This document shows, one piece after another, positions 26,113-39,769 of a DNA stretch of 64,000 nt. Position 1 is the first letter of the stretch. Each line of letters begins with the position of its first letter. Below the pieces are notes generated by a model. That model had not been told where the DNA came from. It searched no databases and worked only from the letters and a program-made list of their open reading frames with translations. The position numbers were made by a program, and so were the translations under genes. The stretch comes from Eledone cirrhosa (lineage: Eukaryota). The stretch lies in the NCBI GenBank assembly GCA_964016885.1, contig CAXHJY010000430.1, positions 62,001 to 126,000 on the forward strand, written 5' to 3'.

Positions 26113-26567
26113 GTGTGTTTAATATATGTATATATGTGTGTGTGTGCGTATGTGTGTGTATGTGTGTGTCTGTATGTGTGTCTGTGTGTTTGTGTGTGTG
26201 TGTGTGTGTATGCGTGTGTGTGTCTGTGTGTGCATGTGTGTGTCTGTATTTGTGTGTGTGTGTGTATGTGTGTATGTGTATGTGTGTCTGTGTGTTTTAT
26301 GTCTGTATGTGTGTCTGTATGTGTGTGTCAGTGTGTGTGTGTTAGTGTATGTTAGTGAATAAGACTGGAGGATGAGAGTATTAGGGGGTTAAACGCTATG
26401 AAGCTATATGTGTAAGAACAGTGAACGGCTACAGGTTTATAATTGATGCTAATAGTAATTCTATACAGGGTTCACTGAAAATAAGGGCAGCAGATAATTA
26501 TAGGTTCTTTGCAAAGGTTAAAAGTGGAACCAGGGGATCTGTGTATGTATGTGTGTGTGTATGTATG

Positions 26568-26616
<49 letters not shown>

Positions 26617-26620
<4 letters not shown>

Positions 26621-26735
26621 ATAATAATAAATTTGAAGACTAAAATCCAAAGATGGCTCGATGAGGATAAATAAGTTTCAGAAGATCCCGTTAAGGGTGA
26701 AAGCAGCGATTCTTTGCTTAAACTTTAATCTGTTA

Positions 26736-26742
<7 letters not shown>
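26617..26742 (+). mobile_element. Family D element with a variant HHR (about 26673-26726)
   Basis: AAGTTT-CAGAAGA-T-CCC-GTTAA-GGG-T-GAAA-GCA-GCGATTCTT-TGC-T-T-AAACTT, flanked by (TA)n on both sides. Confidence 0.6.
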
Positions 26743-26782
<40 letters not shown>

Positions 26783-26854
26783 CTGTTTACCTATTACATA
26801 CATATATATAGATAAACAATGAGTTATATGCTTTGTTGGTGATTATTCAATATT

Positions 26855-27063
26855 TCATATCATCATCGTCATCATCATCAACATCAACGTCATCATCGTC
26901 ATCGGCATCATCATTGTTATCATCGTCATCGTCATGAAAATCACCATCGTTATCATCGTCATCATCATCAAAATCCTCATCAACATCATCCTCAACATTT
27001 TCATCGTCATCATCATCATCATCATCATCATCGTCATCATCATCATCATTATCGTCGTCGCCG
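26855..27063. repeat. (CAT)n-type degenerate trinucleotide repeat
   Basis: Directly visible. Confidence 0.9.
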
Positions 27064-28176
27064 CCAGAGTAATTGAAGAATAAGTGTAAATAAATATATA
27101 GCAAATCAATGGAGTTAGACTGGTCCTGTCTCTTTTACTTCTTCCTATACTCCTTCCTTAGTTCATTCATTGTATTTTTCTTCACAAATTTCCTTATTCA
27201 TATCTTATTCTCCTCGGTGAAATACCATTTATTATTCACTTACATCTCACTGTCATGCTGTGCGATCGATTGACTTTGCTATAAGACTAATCAAAACTCC
27301 TGTTTACACTAGTTGCAGTCTATCGACTAACAAGCTAGAATCTATCTACATCAACATAACCAACACAAGCTTTTTGGCAAGAAGCTAAGATCATGACATT
27401 AAATTATTTAACAGTCTTGGGAAAATTGTACGCAAGGCAAATCAGTATTTCCTGCCCGATTAAAAGATACGGCTCGGAAAAAGTTCTCACTGCAAAGCCG
27501 AATTCTTCCTTAACAACTGTCAGAAATATTGATAGCTTTATGACGTGACTAAACATCTGGAAATGGCTTGGAACAAAGCCGAGGAATATTTGCATATTCA
27601 AATGGAAAACTGTTCGACTAGCTAATTAAAGCTGAGTTGACTGTAGACAATTCACAATTGTAAAGTTTCGGATGGAAATAGCTAGTTAGTTGTCATTGCT
27701 GACCTGAACAAGCTCAACAATCTACTTCATTACTGGTTATATTCCAGTTTCTGTTATCTATATCTGCTTTTATGTTAATCACTCTAGCGGAGATATCAAA
27801 CTGTACAAAATGGAAATAAGACCTGCAGCTTAGTTAACAAATCTACCAAGTCTTCATTTCTTAATTAGATGTAAGGTCAAAAGTAAAGACGAATGCGACC
27901 TATTTGAAACGGACAGTGTTTCTGTTTGTCATGGGAATTTGTAGCACTAATTATTACACTAATCATAATATTTTGAACACTGGAGTTCGAACATAAATAC
28001 TCTCTACTCAGACCAAACATCCACCAACATTATTTTACTACTATGAAAGAAAGAATCGAGTGACAAGATCTCAGGCCTTCTTCGCTTACCCAGTGGGGTG
28101 GAACTAGTCAAATCGGACCAAGGAAACAATGTTTCCATTGATGATACTATCTACCAGAGGAAACTCCTGGCAGAAA

Positions 28177-28264
28177 GAGCAACGTGAAATAAAGTGTCTT
28201 CGGGTATTGAACTCGCAACCTTATGATTGTGAATCCAATTCTAAACACTTAGCCACGTGCCTTC
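28177..28264 (-). mobile_element. CORE-type SINE fragment
   Basis: Reverse complement of 22538-22655 with an internal deletion. Confidence 0.7.
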
Positions 28265-28781
28265 GTTACTATCAAGAGAGCGGACAAGAAAGGTGACAGA
28301 GCACAATTTGGATAATGAGGTTCATGTAAATATTTTATGAAGAAACTCGAGAACATTTTTTTTAGAAATAAGTTTATCATAATTTTGAAATAAACTTACA
28401 TAGATTTTATAATTAAATTATATTATACACGGCTTCTATTAGTAATGCAACAATGGGGGGAGATGTGACGTAGCATATATACATATTGAATAAATGAAAT
28501 ATATTTCTCAGTTAACTCTCTAAATAATTGTTAATACTGCTTGTGGATTTTTGGTTTCTATTTTCTTCACCGCATATTTATTTTTAGTTAACATTTAAAC
28601 GATAAACGAATGGCGGTGGATTGGCAGAGTCGTTAGAAACAGCAACTAACTTTCTCAAATCATACCTACCATCTTTAAAGTGCGTAAGACATGTTGAATA
28701 AAGATGGCCGCGGCTGGAATGCCTGTAAATTATCAACCTTGTAGAGGCTCCTATATTGGCAAAATATCTCATAGGCACAGA

Positions 28782-28855
28782 CGAGGGTTGGTTGAAAAGT
28801 TCATAGGCTGACCAAGATACTCTCATGGAATGACCAAATGAGGTTTATTTTTCAA
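28782..28855 (-). mobile_element. Mariner-type MITE end
   Basis: cgagggttggttgaaaagttcataggctgaccaagatactctcatg matches the reverse complement of 5740-5802. Confidence 0.7.
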
Positions 28856-29142
28856 CACACACACTTTATATATATATATATACTCTTCTTTTTTTTCCAT
28901 CTCTACGTCCGTTTTTCAGGGAATGATAAAAATATTACCCGTAAAATATTTGGCCAGTTGGTAGCTGGAAGTTTTTCAAGTAATAACGATGAAATTCTAT
29001 ATACATGGAATTAGTTTCATGTCAAAGGAGCAAGAATTTAACTATCAAGTAGTGTAATCTTCTGAATGTATATAAATTTCAGTGCAGAAGTAAATGATAA
29101 AGTAGACAATCAAACTTCCCAGTTGTTGTCTTCCTGTTTCTT

Positions 29143-29390
29143 CTACAACAACTACAACGGAACGCGATGGGGCCCACCCACAGCCCCGACGGACAGAATG
29201 GAGAAGGCATTTCCCCGGAGGACGGCAAGGGAGACGCGCTGGAAAAGCCACTCCAACTCATGAGGCTGGCCAGCTCAGCGCCTATGGTGGTGAGTAAGGA
29301 GGTAGCCTTGCGACCGAGGACACCAGAAGTCTCCACTGCCAGGGGTACGACCGCTGTCTGCATGAATTCCACACTTCCGATCCTTTGATA
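29143..29390 (-). mobile_element. CRE-clade non-LTR retrotransposon 3' end (RLE endonuclease C-terminus)
   Basis: VVPLAVETSGVLGRKATSLLTTIGAELAS / ELEWLFQRVSLAVLRGNAFSIL matches the P-x-A-V-E-T-x-G ... QR-x-S-x-A-x2-RGNA motif. One frameshift is present. Confidence 0.75.
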
Positions 29391-29947
29391 AAATTTACAA
29401 AAAGCTGCAAGAGAATGGTATACTTTGTCAAGATACAGAGATTACCAATGAATGTAGGAACGAGTGTTCTACAACGGAACAAAGGATGTTATAATCGCCA
29501 TACTTTAAACACCAAACATGGTGTATCTTATGGGATCTTCCCTTTTTAAAGACACTAGAGTGCGATATGAGAGACAGAGATTTGGCGGTTATTTCTAGCG
29601 GATCGAGAGATCATCAGAGGCTTTCTCATCGGTTGGTATTTAGCGCCCGTCAGAGAAGATGTGTGTTGTGGTGGGATGAGATGGCCTGCGGTAAAGTATT
29701 GAAGTTAAAACGACACTTGAAATATCTTTCAAGTTTCTTCAAGCTCCCTTAACAAAACTGTATATGTGTGTAGAGACACACTAATACACGCCTTCATAAG
29801 AACCCACGAAACACAGACGTAAAGAGGTTGTTAGACACACAGACAGATGGAAAAGATAAACGGGCTGATAAAAACTAGAGCTGTCATGAGCAAGGCATGG
29901 AGTCGGATTGATAGATAGACAGATAGATATATAGATAGATAGATAAT

Positions 29948-30024
<77 letters not shown>

Positions 30025-30105
30025 TAGATAGATAGATGGATATATAAATAGATAGATAGATGGATAGGTAGATATATATATATATATATATATACAGTAT
30101 ATATA

Positions 30106-30157
<52 letters not shown>

Positions 30158-30162
30158 TATAT

Positions 30163-30560
30163 ATTTCTTTATTTGCCACAAGGGCGCACAATGAGAGAGA
30201 GATAGATAGATAGATAGATAGGTAGATAGATAGATAGATATATTCTTTATTAGCCACAAGGGCACACAAGAAAAGGGGACAAAACAAGGACACATGCCGG
30301 GGATTTTACATACAGTCGTGTAAAAATATGAAACAAACAAATTTAACAATCGAAATCCCCAATAGGGGCCACAAATGGGTGTTTAAAACCCCGTCGATAG
30401 AACAACCCTCAACTTCAGGGCCGTGTTGTGCAAGTGCTCCCTTCTTCCTTTTGCTCTCTTCTTCAACCTACAGGTTTATATACAGAGAAGGGCCAATCAC
30501 TCATAGATGGATAGTTAGATAGATATCCTAGACAGGGGGTCAACACACCCCCCGCTTGAC
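30163..30560 (-). mobile_element. Probable retroelement 3' end with a duplicated terminal segment
   Basis: The minus strand has tgtgcccttgtggc(t/a)aataaagaa twice (30163-30192 and 30243-30270), each running into a microsatellite. Confidence 0.4.
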
Positions 30561-31311
30561 CTTTACACTTTCCATTGTTTTAACAGATCAAAGAATTCAA
30601 AGATGACAAATAAACCCCGAATAGTCTTTTGACTGGAATTGTTGTTGCAATGGTTATGTTGTCGATATTGTTGTACTGATTGGATGATCTTGGTGATGGT
30701 GATGGTGATGATGATGATGATGATGATGTAGTGATTGGATGATCTTGGTGGTGGTGGTGGTGATGGTGATGATGATGATGATGATGATGTAGTGATTGGA
30801 TGATCTTGGTGGTGGTGATGGTGATGATGATGATGATGTTGTACTGATTGGATGGTCTTGCTGGTGGTGATGATAATGATGATGATGATGATGATGATGT
30901 ACTAATTGGATGATCTTGGTGATGATGATGATGGTGATGGTGATGATCTTGTTCTCGCTGTAGTAATATCTGATGTTTTTTTTTTTTTTTTTTTTTTTTG
31001 TTATTTTATATTGCATTCTCTTTTCTTTTGATATCTATATTGCTACTACTACTACTACTGCTACTGCTGTTACTACTACTGCTACTACTACCACTACTAC
31101 TCCTACTGCTGCTACTACTACTGCTGCTACTACTGCCACTGCTTCTGCTACTGTTGTTATTGTTGTTGTCACTGCTGCTGATGTTATAATTCCGGACAGA
31201 TGGCAATCTTTTCCTTTTGTTGATTTTTGCTTTCCATTTTACTTCTTTCTTCTCTCTTCTTTCTTCTCTATTCCATTTCCTCATCCTCATCATCGACAAC
31301 CATCACCCTCT

Positions 31312-31435
<124 letters not shown>

Positions 31436-31716
31436 GACAGTATTCATTCAATATACATTAGACATGAAAGATGTTAAATAAATCACTTATAGTTTTCTGT
31501 GTACAAGTGGAGTAAAATAATATTTTCACCTTCGGTTAAATTTTCACAGCGAGCCTTATAAACTGTAGTTATACATATGTAGTGAAACAGGACTAGTCCT
31601 GTAGAAGCTATTTCTATTTGAAATATAATTAAGTAAGTACCTACAATACTAGGTGTAGTCTCCTTCTCTTCTTCGGTAAACCATATTATTACATACACAC
31701 GCACATTGTGTGTGTG

Positions 31717-31749
<33 letters not shown>

Positions 31750-31867
31750 GAATGTATGTATAGTGAATGAATGTATGTATATTTGGCAATATAATAATCA
31801 GGAGCTGATTATACAGAGCAATTGCGGGTCCAGCAAAAATTAGGTATTAGGATTGGCGCTCTGAAAT

Positions 31868-32237
31868 AGCGATGTATACATGAATGTATGTATAGTATAT
31901 TTGGCAATATAACGTATGTTTATTTAAAAAACATTTAGAAGACCTTACGTTATGAGTTTGTTGAACCGGCAATCACTCTGTTTAATCAGCTTCTGATTAT
32001 TACTGGAATTCTATAACAATCCAGCTTCTATAATTACCGGCAAAGGCAACTAAGTGTGTGGTCTTGGTAAAAGCCAACAAGCGAGAAACAGACTGTCTGT
32101 CGGCCATTCTCTGTTACTTTTGCCGAGATTAAGTAAGTGACTTTAAAACTGATAGCGAATGGTCTTCTAAATGTTTTTAATTAAACATACGGCATATTGC
32201 CAAATATACTATACATACATTCATGTATACATCGCTA
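31868..32237. mobile_element. Inverted-repeat element with arms of about 75 bp and a possible decayed HHR
   Basis: Arms at 31868-31944 and 32161-32237. Internally there is GAAA-CAGA-CTG-TCTG-T-C at about 32085-32101 and GTTTGTTG/CAACAAGC pairing. Confidence 0.5.
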
Positions 32238-32259
32238 TTTCAGAGCATCAATACTAATA

Positions 32260-32307
<48 letters not shown>

Positions 32308-32311
<4 letters not shown>

Positions 32312-32487
32312 AAAAAGTATGACCCCGACGGTAGAGCTCAAGCCCTACGACGGCTATTTCTGGACGTCGAAACGGCTTCAGCTCTGCCGTCGGGGTCATA
32401 CCTTTTCCTATTACCCACTCTACTACCCTAAGTATTGAGTACTCTGTTGCGTTATGGTCCATCTGGTTCCTTACCACAATTCCTTCG

Positions 32488-32490
<3 letters not shown>
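32308..32490 (+). mobile_element. Family F hairpin element
   Basis: Palindromic head plus the shared tail, flanked by (TA)n. Confidence 0.85.
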
Positions 32491-32541
<51 letters not shown>

Positions 32542-32546
32542 GTGTT

Positions 32547-32617
<71 letters not shown>

Positions 32618-32641
32618 GGGGAGAGATACAGAACACCCAAC

Positions 32642-32760
<119 letters not shown>

Positions 32761-33139
32761 CGTGCGTGCGTGTGTGTGTGTATGAGTGTGTATGTGTGCG
32801 TGCCTACAACCATGCGTATCTCTGTATACATGCAAGTTACATATTTGCTCTGCATAGAAATACAAACATGTTTAAACAGCGCCACTCTACATTCACACAC
32901 GGCTTCACACTTCTAACAATGGATAATATAGTATATGCAGGAGGTGCAAGCTCGTAATAAAATGTGAGCAGTGTGAATTCTTGTTATTTAACATCTAGCA
33001 CTTTTGCTGTTTACCTGCGAAAAGTTGAACAACTTGCTGAAGATGGAGGTGTCTATAAGCCTTGGCTGTTGAAAATTATTTTTTTTTTTCGAAAAGATTG
33101 CGATAGTAGATCACTCCAATATGGATTTATATGCCGCAA

Positions 33140-33150
33140 TTATAACTACA

Positions 33151-33208
<58 letters not shown>

Positions 33209-33459
33209 GCAGCAGCAGCAGCAACAACAATAATAATCACTATGACGACGACAATGATGATCTGACCAGCATCATCATAAGAATTAGTAATAATCTATTG
33301 GTGTAACTACTACTACTACTACAACTACTACTACTACAACTACTACTACAACTACTACAATTACTACTACTACTACTACAACTACTACTACAACTACTAC
33401 TACTACTACTACAATGCTCAACACAGTTGCAGATGTTTGGAGTTGCTACTCCTCGCAGC

Positions 33460-33518
<59 letters not shown>

Positions 33519-33693
33519 TAGTAGTAGTAGTAGTAGCAGCAGCAGCAGCAGCAGCAGCAGTATCAGTAGTAGTAGTAGCAACAGCAGCAGTAGTAGCAGT
33601 ATTAGTAGTAGTAGTAGTAGTAGCAGCAGCAGCAGCAGTAGCAGTAGCAGCAGCAGCAGCACCAGTAGTATCAGTATTAGTAGTAGTAGTAGT

Positions 33694-33729
<36 letters not shown>

Positions 33730-33760
33730 TGGTTGTTATTGTTGATGTTGTTGTGGTTAT
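33140..33760. repeat. (CAA)/(CTA)/(TAG)/(CAG) trinucleotide repeats
   Basis: Directly visible. Confidence 0.95.
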
Positions 33761-34055
33761 GTATTTACATGGTGTGAATATGTGTGTTTAACAGATCAAT
33801 AACAAGTGATAAGTTTGTCAAGTTGGTCTGCAATTGTTGGAGCTCAGTAAATACGGCCGCTTCTGTTTTCGCTATCGCTCTCACCTCGTGTCCACAGTCC
33901 AATAACACTTTGGCTGCACATACAGGTGGCTTTAGAAACAGGTTGATGCCGCAATGGTGTCGACGTAGGGAACTGGTGGAAACTGGTAAGGTAATTAACC
34001 AATCACCTTCGATGCAAAGTATTCAGATAGCGTCAGGTTAATCGAATCCTATATA

Positions 34056-34160
<105 letters not shown>

Positions 34161-34243
34161 AAAAATGTATGTGTGAAAATATGTATGCTTATAATTATAA
34201 ATACGTACGTGCATGCATATATACATCCACACGTACATACGTA

Positions 34244-34279
<36 letters not shown>

Positions 34280-34299
34280 TACGTACATAAATACACGCA

Positions 34300-34345
<46 letters not shown>

Positions 34346-34441
34346 CATGGCTATGAAGATTTCGAAATGTTAATACACATGGATTTAGGAATGCTATTGA
34401 TCCAAGCGTAATGAACTATAAAGGAAACACATTCAGATTCA

Positions 34442-34580
<139 letters not shown>

Positions 34581-34654
34581 TACTAGGTGGCTGTTAACTA
34601 TCGTTCCCCAACGTGTCGAAAAGCCACCCTGATCAACGTCGACGGCCATGCAAT

Positions 34655-34717
<63 letters not shown>

Positions 34718-34724
34718 ATATATA

Positions 34725-35070
34725 TATAAAGTTGTAGTTCACGAACTCCTCCTATGGTTTTGGAGATAGACCCCCATAACCATATATATTCTGAAACTAC
34801 ATTGCCCAGCGTACTTGGATAAGTATATTTCATTTTAATCAAAGGGTTTACCCGGAGGGTCCCCGGGGGCATAAACCCCCCGCTGAAAATGTTTTCCCTT
34901 CGATTTATATGAAATTTAAACCATAGGTAAATGACAAGATATGATGCCTATTCACAAAATTTCAGCAAATTTCAATTATATTAAGACACCCTAATGGGGG
35001 TTAAACCACTATTGTGAAAATGTTGTGTTGTAACAAGATTGCATGAGAACTTCATTGAAGCAACCATTAT
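34725..35070 (-). mobile_element. Helitron-like element (same family as 14926)
   Basis: 34725-34958 is the reverse complement of about 15180-15410. Confidence 0.6.
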
Positions 35071-35249
35071 ATTTGGGGCTTACAAAGGTCAAGCTCTTCT
35101 CATTCCGAGGATTCCACTTATACCAACTCGCCGACAGGCACCAATCACAAACTATCTGCCTTGACCACTGGCCACGTGATGGTTCTTAGCCATTTTGAAT
35201 TCATTTCTGGCGGGGATCATGGTAGAAAAATCTTAGTCCAGTCTGAGGT

Positions 35250-35335
35250 ATTTCCTGATGAGTTCCGAGCCTCGTGGATTTATCCAAGACCGGATATATC
35301 CAAAAAGTGGAACGAAACCGCCGGGTGGTAGAGAT
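35250..35335 (+). ncRNA. Type-I hammerhead ribozyme with a branched stem II
   Basis: ATTTC-CTGATGA-GTTCC-[TGGATTTATCCA and GGATATATCC hairpins]-GGAAC-GAAA-CCGCC-G-GGTGG-T-A-GAGAT, with a GUA triplet. Confidence 0.75.
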
Positions 35336-35759
35336 TATGAAGATTCTGGTAAAGTTTATATACATTTTTTCTTCTAACTTCGATTTTCTACCTAATTCCG
35401 TGTAGTTAACTATACGTCTAGTCAATTTCTACAGGCTGGTAGGAATATTAGGTAAATATCATGTGACTGTACATCGCGGAAAAGAATCTGTATCATTTGT
35501 CTATTATTTCTTCATAAATACATTTTAAACTTATAGCCTCGTTTAAATGATTTTTTGTGTGGTTAATTTATACTGATTGGGAGAGAAAATACTGTGTATA
35601 TTTTATCTAATGATTCTTTGGACTTACTTTTTTATATATTGGTCTGATTATTAATTATTTAATTAATTCTTCATTGAGCCACACCGTGAATGGTTGCCAA
35701 AAACATATATATGTATCTATGACTTTGTCTAATTTATATATATATACCTGTTAAATTTA

Positions 35760-35865
<106 letters not shown>

Positions 35866-35893
35866 CTGAGAATATGGTCAGAAATCATTACAC

Positions 35894-35989
35894 GTGTCCG
35901 TCGAACCTGCGGGTCCAGAATCAGACAGATCCACACAATGATCGCGTCTCGAGCTGTCCGACGGCGAAACAATTGTAACACACAATAAA
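35894..35989 (+). ncRNA. HHR 3' half (decayed or 5'-truncated)
   Basis: CCGTCG..CGACGG-C-GAAA-CAATTG-T-A-ACAC..AATAAA; no intact CUGANGA box. Confidence 0.4.
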
Positions 35990-36068
35990 TTGAGTTCAGA
36001 TGCATCACTGATTTTTCGTTTTCTATTCTATACATACATATATATATATATATATAATATAATATACA

Positions 36069-36210
<142 letters not shown>

Positions 36211-37122
36211 TATATTAGGGAGACAGGAGTAGTGTGGAGGTAAAAACTACAACAACGAACAAAACAACAACAAAAGATGCTACGGCCTGTGTGTGGATAT
36301 GATATGGCTTTGGTGTAGGTAGGAATTCTCTCCCAAGTTTGTTTTGATTGTCGTCTGTTTTCAGTGAAATTGTCAGCCATGAAAAGCATTTGCACCTCCC
36401 TAGCATATATATATATTTTATATTTTTTAATTGATGCCTTAACTTGTTCCCTTGCTCAGCTAGATTTGCCAGATTTGCCGGCAGGGATGAACATTCGGTC
36501 AAAGAACTCGGTAACTTGAGACGACCACTTATATTTATTTATTATTTTGCTTATTTTCTTAGTTCTTTCTTTCCATATTGTTTTTGTTTTTCTTTTCTTT
36601 ACTTTCAGGAAGTTTTGTTTCTTTAATTATTACTTTCCGACATGGATCAGCCTTCTGTTCGTTAAGACGTCACAAAACAAACGGCACTTTCGCCCCCCCC
36701 CCCCTCTCTCTCTCTCCTTCCCACCTCTCTCTCTCTCTCTCACTTTCTCCTCCCAACTCTCTCTCTCCCTCTCTCTCTCTCTCTCTGTTCCTCCCCTCTC
36801 TCTTTCTCTTTCTCTCTCACTTTCTCCTCCCAACTCTCTCTCTCCCTCTCTCTCTCTCTCTGTTCCTCCTCTCTCTCTCTCTCTCTCTCTCGCTCTCTCT
36901 CACTCACTTTCTCTCTCTGCCTCACTCTCTCACTCACTTTCTTTCTCTCACGCTCTCTCTTTCTCACTTTCTCCTCACACCTCTCTCTCTTCCTCTCTCG
37001 CTATCTTTCTGTCTGTCTGTCTGCCTGCCTATCTATATGTCCGTCTCTCTGCATGTCTGTCTCTCTGTCTGTCTGTCCATCTATCTGTTTGTCTGTCTGT
37101 CTGTTTATCTATCTGATGATGG

Positions 37123-37153
<31 letters not shown>

Positions 37154-37372
37154 AGTGGGAGTGATGATGATGATGATGATGATGATGACGATGGTGCTGT
37201 TGGATTGATGATTGTGATGGTCAAAAGGGTGAAGCTTCTACTACTGCTGGTGATGATGATGATGATGATAATGGACGAGGAGAAGGGTGGATGGTCATTG
37301 CTGGAATGTCTTTTAGTCTTTTAGCTTTTTCGCATGTTTCCATACCCACACATCGCAAGATTTCTTACATGT

Positions 37373-37447
<75 letters not shown>

Positions 37448-37450
<3 letters not shown>

Positions 37451-37583
37451 CAAAGGAAATGTGGTAAGGAACCAGATAGACCATAACGTACCAGAGTACT
37501 CAATACTTAGAGTAGTAGAGTGGGAAATAGGAAAAAAGTATGACCCCGACGGCAGAGCTCAAGCCGTTGGGGTCATACTTTTT

Positions 37584-37586
<3 letters not shown>
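37448..37586 (-). mobile_element. Family F hairpin element
   Basis: Reverse tail plus a palindrome centred on the gagctc stem-III loop. Confidence 0.85.
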
Positions 37587-37631
<45 letters not shown>

Positions 37632-37947
37632 GAAAATAAGAAAAAGGTAGAAATGCTAATAGAATTTTCTCATAGAATAACAGCAAAACATTTTTGTTTT
37701 AAAGTAATTTATCGAACCGGTTTCAACCGATTATTATTTCGGCTTCTTCGTGCTACAGGAACTATGATAAAAACTATATAACAAAATTAAGGTCTATATT
37801 AATTAGAAGAGGGTATTAGAGAACATAGTATGCATGTATATATATTAAAGTTCACATTTTCGTTTATCTCTTTCTCTCTCTCCTCTCCTTGGTGGTTTGG
37901 TGGTAGTAGCAACTAAAATAGAAGTTGGCTTGTTCCCTGTTACTGTA

Positions 37948-38053
<106 letters not shown>

Positions 38054-38056
38054 TAT

Positions 38057-38590
38057 AGGAAAAGAGTCAGGACCCCGACGGCTGAGCTCCGGAGGTTTCG
38101 GCGGCAGCTAGATCCGAACTAAATGATTAGTTAGTTCGGATCTAGCTGTCGAAACGGCCGGAGCTCAGCCGTCGGGGTTTTAGTTAGTTCGGATCTAGCT
38201 GTCGAAACGGCCGGAGCTCAGCCGTCGGGGTTTTAGTTAGTTCGGATCTAGCTGTCGAAACGGCCGGAGCTCAGCCGTCGGGGTTTTAGTTAGTTCGGAT
38301 CTAGCTGTCGAAACGGCCGGAGCTCAGCCGTCGGGGTTTTAGTTAGTTCGGATCTAGCTGTCGAAACGGCCGGAGCTCAGCCGTCGGGGTTTTAGTTAGT
38401 TCGGATCTAGCTGTCGAAACGGCCGGAGCTCAGCCGTCGGGGTTTTAGTTAGTTCGGATCTAGCTGTCAAAACGTCCGGAGCTCAGCCGTCGGGGTCCTG
38501 ACTCTTTTCCTATTACTCACTCTACTACCCTAAGTATCGAGTACTCTGGTGCGTTATGGTCCACCTGGTTCCTTACCACTCTTTCCTTTT
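38057..38590 (+). mobile_element. Family F element with an internal 53-bp x7 tandem array (38127-38497)
   Basis: Unit ttagttagttcggatctagctgtcgaaacggccggagctcagccgtcggggtt. One inverted unit lies upstream and the family tail lies downstream. Confidence 0.9.
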
Positions 38591-38655
38591 TTTATATATA
38601 TATATAAAATATATAAAATATATAAAATCCAATGTCAATAAATACACCAGGATCT

Positions 38656-38716
38656 TTTCATTCTGATGATTGAAAGCAAAATTTGTTTGCTTTTAAGAAA
38701 CCACTGGTAAATGAAA
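38656..38716 (+). ncRNA. Type-I hammerhead ribozyme
   Basis: TTTCATT-CTGATGA-TTGAAAGCAAA-ATTTG-TTTGCTTTTAA-GAAA-CC-ACT-GG-T-A-AATGAAA. It has a perfect 7-bp stem I, an 11-bp stem II and a GUA triplet. Confidence 0.85.
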
Positions 38717-38806
38717 TAATTGCCTTATGTTGTTTATTGCATAACTATTAAGCTCTGTTACCTACATAGAGCACTCTTTTTTCCTGGACCTTTCCGACGG
38801 AATTAC

Positions 38807-38857
<51 letters not shown>

Positions 38858-38897
38858 GATATTAAACAAATGGAAACTATATTTATAAAACCATATT

Positions 38898-38963
38898 TAT
38901 TTCATTATACATATTTCAGGGATACCATATTAAAAATATGGCATGCCTTCTTCAGATAAAATA
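38898..38963 (-). ncRNA. Type-I hammerhead ribozyme, family E, inside an inverted repeat (38856-39122)
   Basis: Minus strand reads TATTTTAT-CTGAAGA-AGGCATGCCATATT-TTT-AATATGGTATCCCT-GAAA-TATGTA-T-A-ATGAAATA. Confidence 0.8.
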
Positions 38964-39209
38964 CAATATATAAGCAGTTTAATAAATAAATTTGACGTAC
39001 CATAAAATATTGAAACTTCCATTTAAAAAAGTTGGTTTGGTAGTGAATATGGTATCCCTGAAATATGTATAATGAAATAAATATGGTTTTATAAATATAG
39101 TTTCCATTTGTTTAATATCGTATATCTACTCCAAAACTTGTTGAGTGCTTTATATCAGTTATAAAATATTTACTCGTTGTAACCCAACAATTTTAAATAA
39201 AACTTTTGC

Positions 39210-39263
<54 letters not shown>

Positions 39264-39687
39264 ACAAAAGACGGGATGGTCATTGCAGGAATGTCTTTTA
39301 GTGGCAGGTCTTTCGCATATCTTTCCAAACCCACATATCGCATACCACACGTTTATTTCACAAGTGTACACGCACATGCACACAGACACACACAGACACA
39401 CACACACACACACACACGCACGCGCGCGCTAGCACGCACACAAACACACACACACACATGTGCACACCATGCTGTACACGTGTCCGTAATATCAGACACA
39501 TGTGTGCAATTAAATACACATACATTGCACCATTCCGATATTGATGCGGGCAATAGATCACACGTGCCGACAATCACGTCACACGTGTCACGACTGTCGT
39601 TAAACATGTAGGAAATACTGCGGCACGTGTAGATGATACATTTAATGGTGTATATAATATAATGTGTACACATGTATACACGCGCGC

Positions 39688-39743
<56 letters not shown>

Positions 39744-39769
39744 ATGTATGTGTTTTTAGGTGAATGCCT

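Noticed and set aside
37712-37752. Additional HHR on the minus strand
   Set aside because: Stem II and the palindromic AACCGGTT are present, but the core reads ACGAAGA and there is no stem I, so it is counted only as a decayed remnant.
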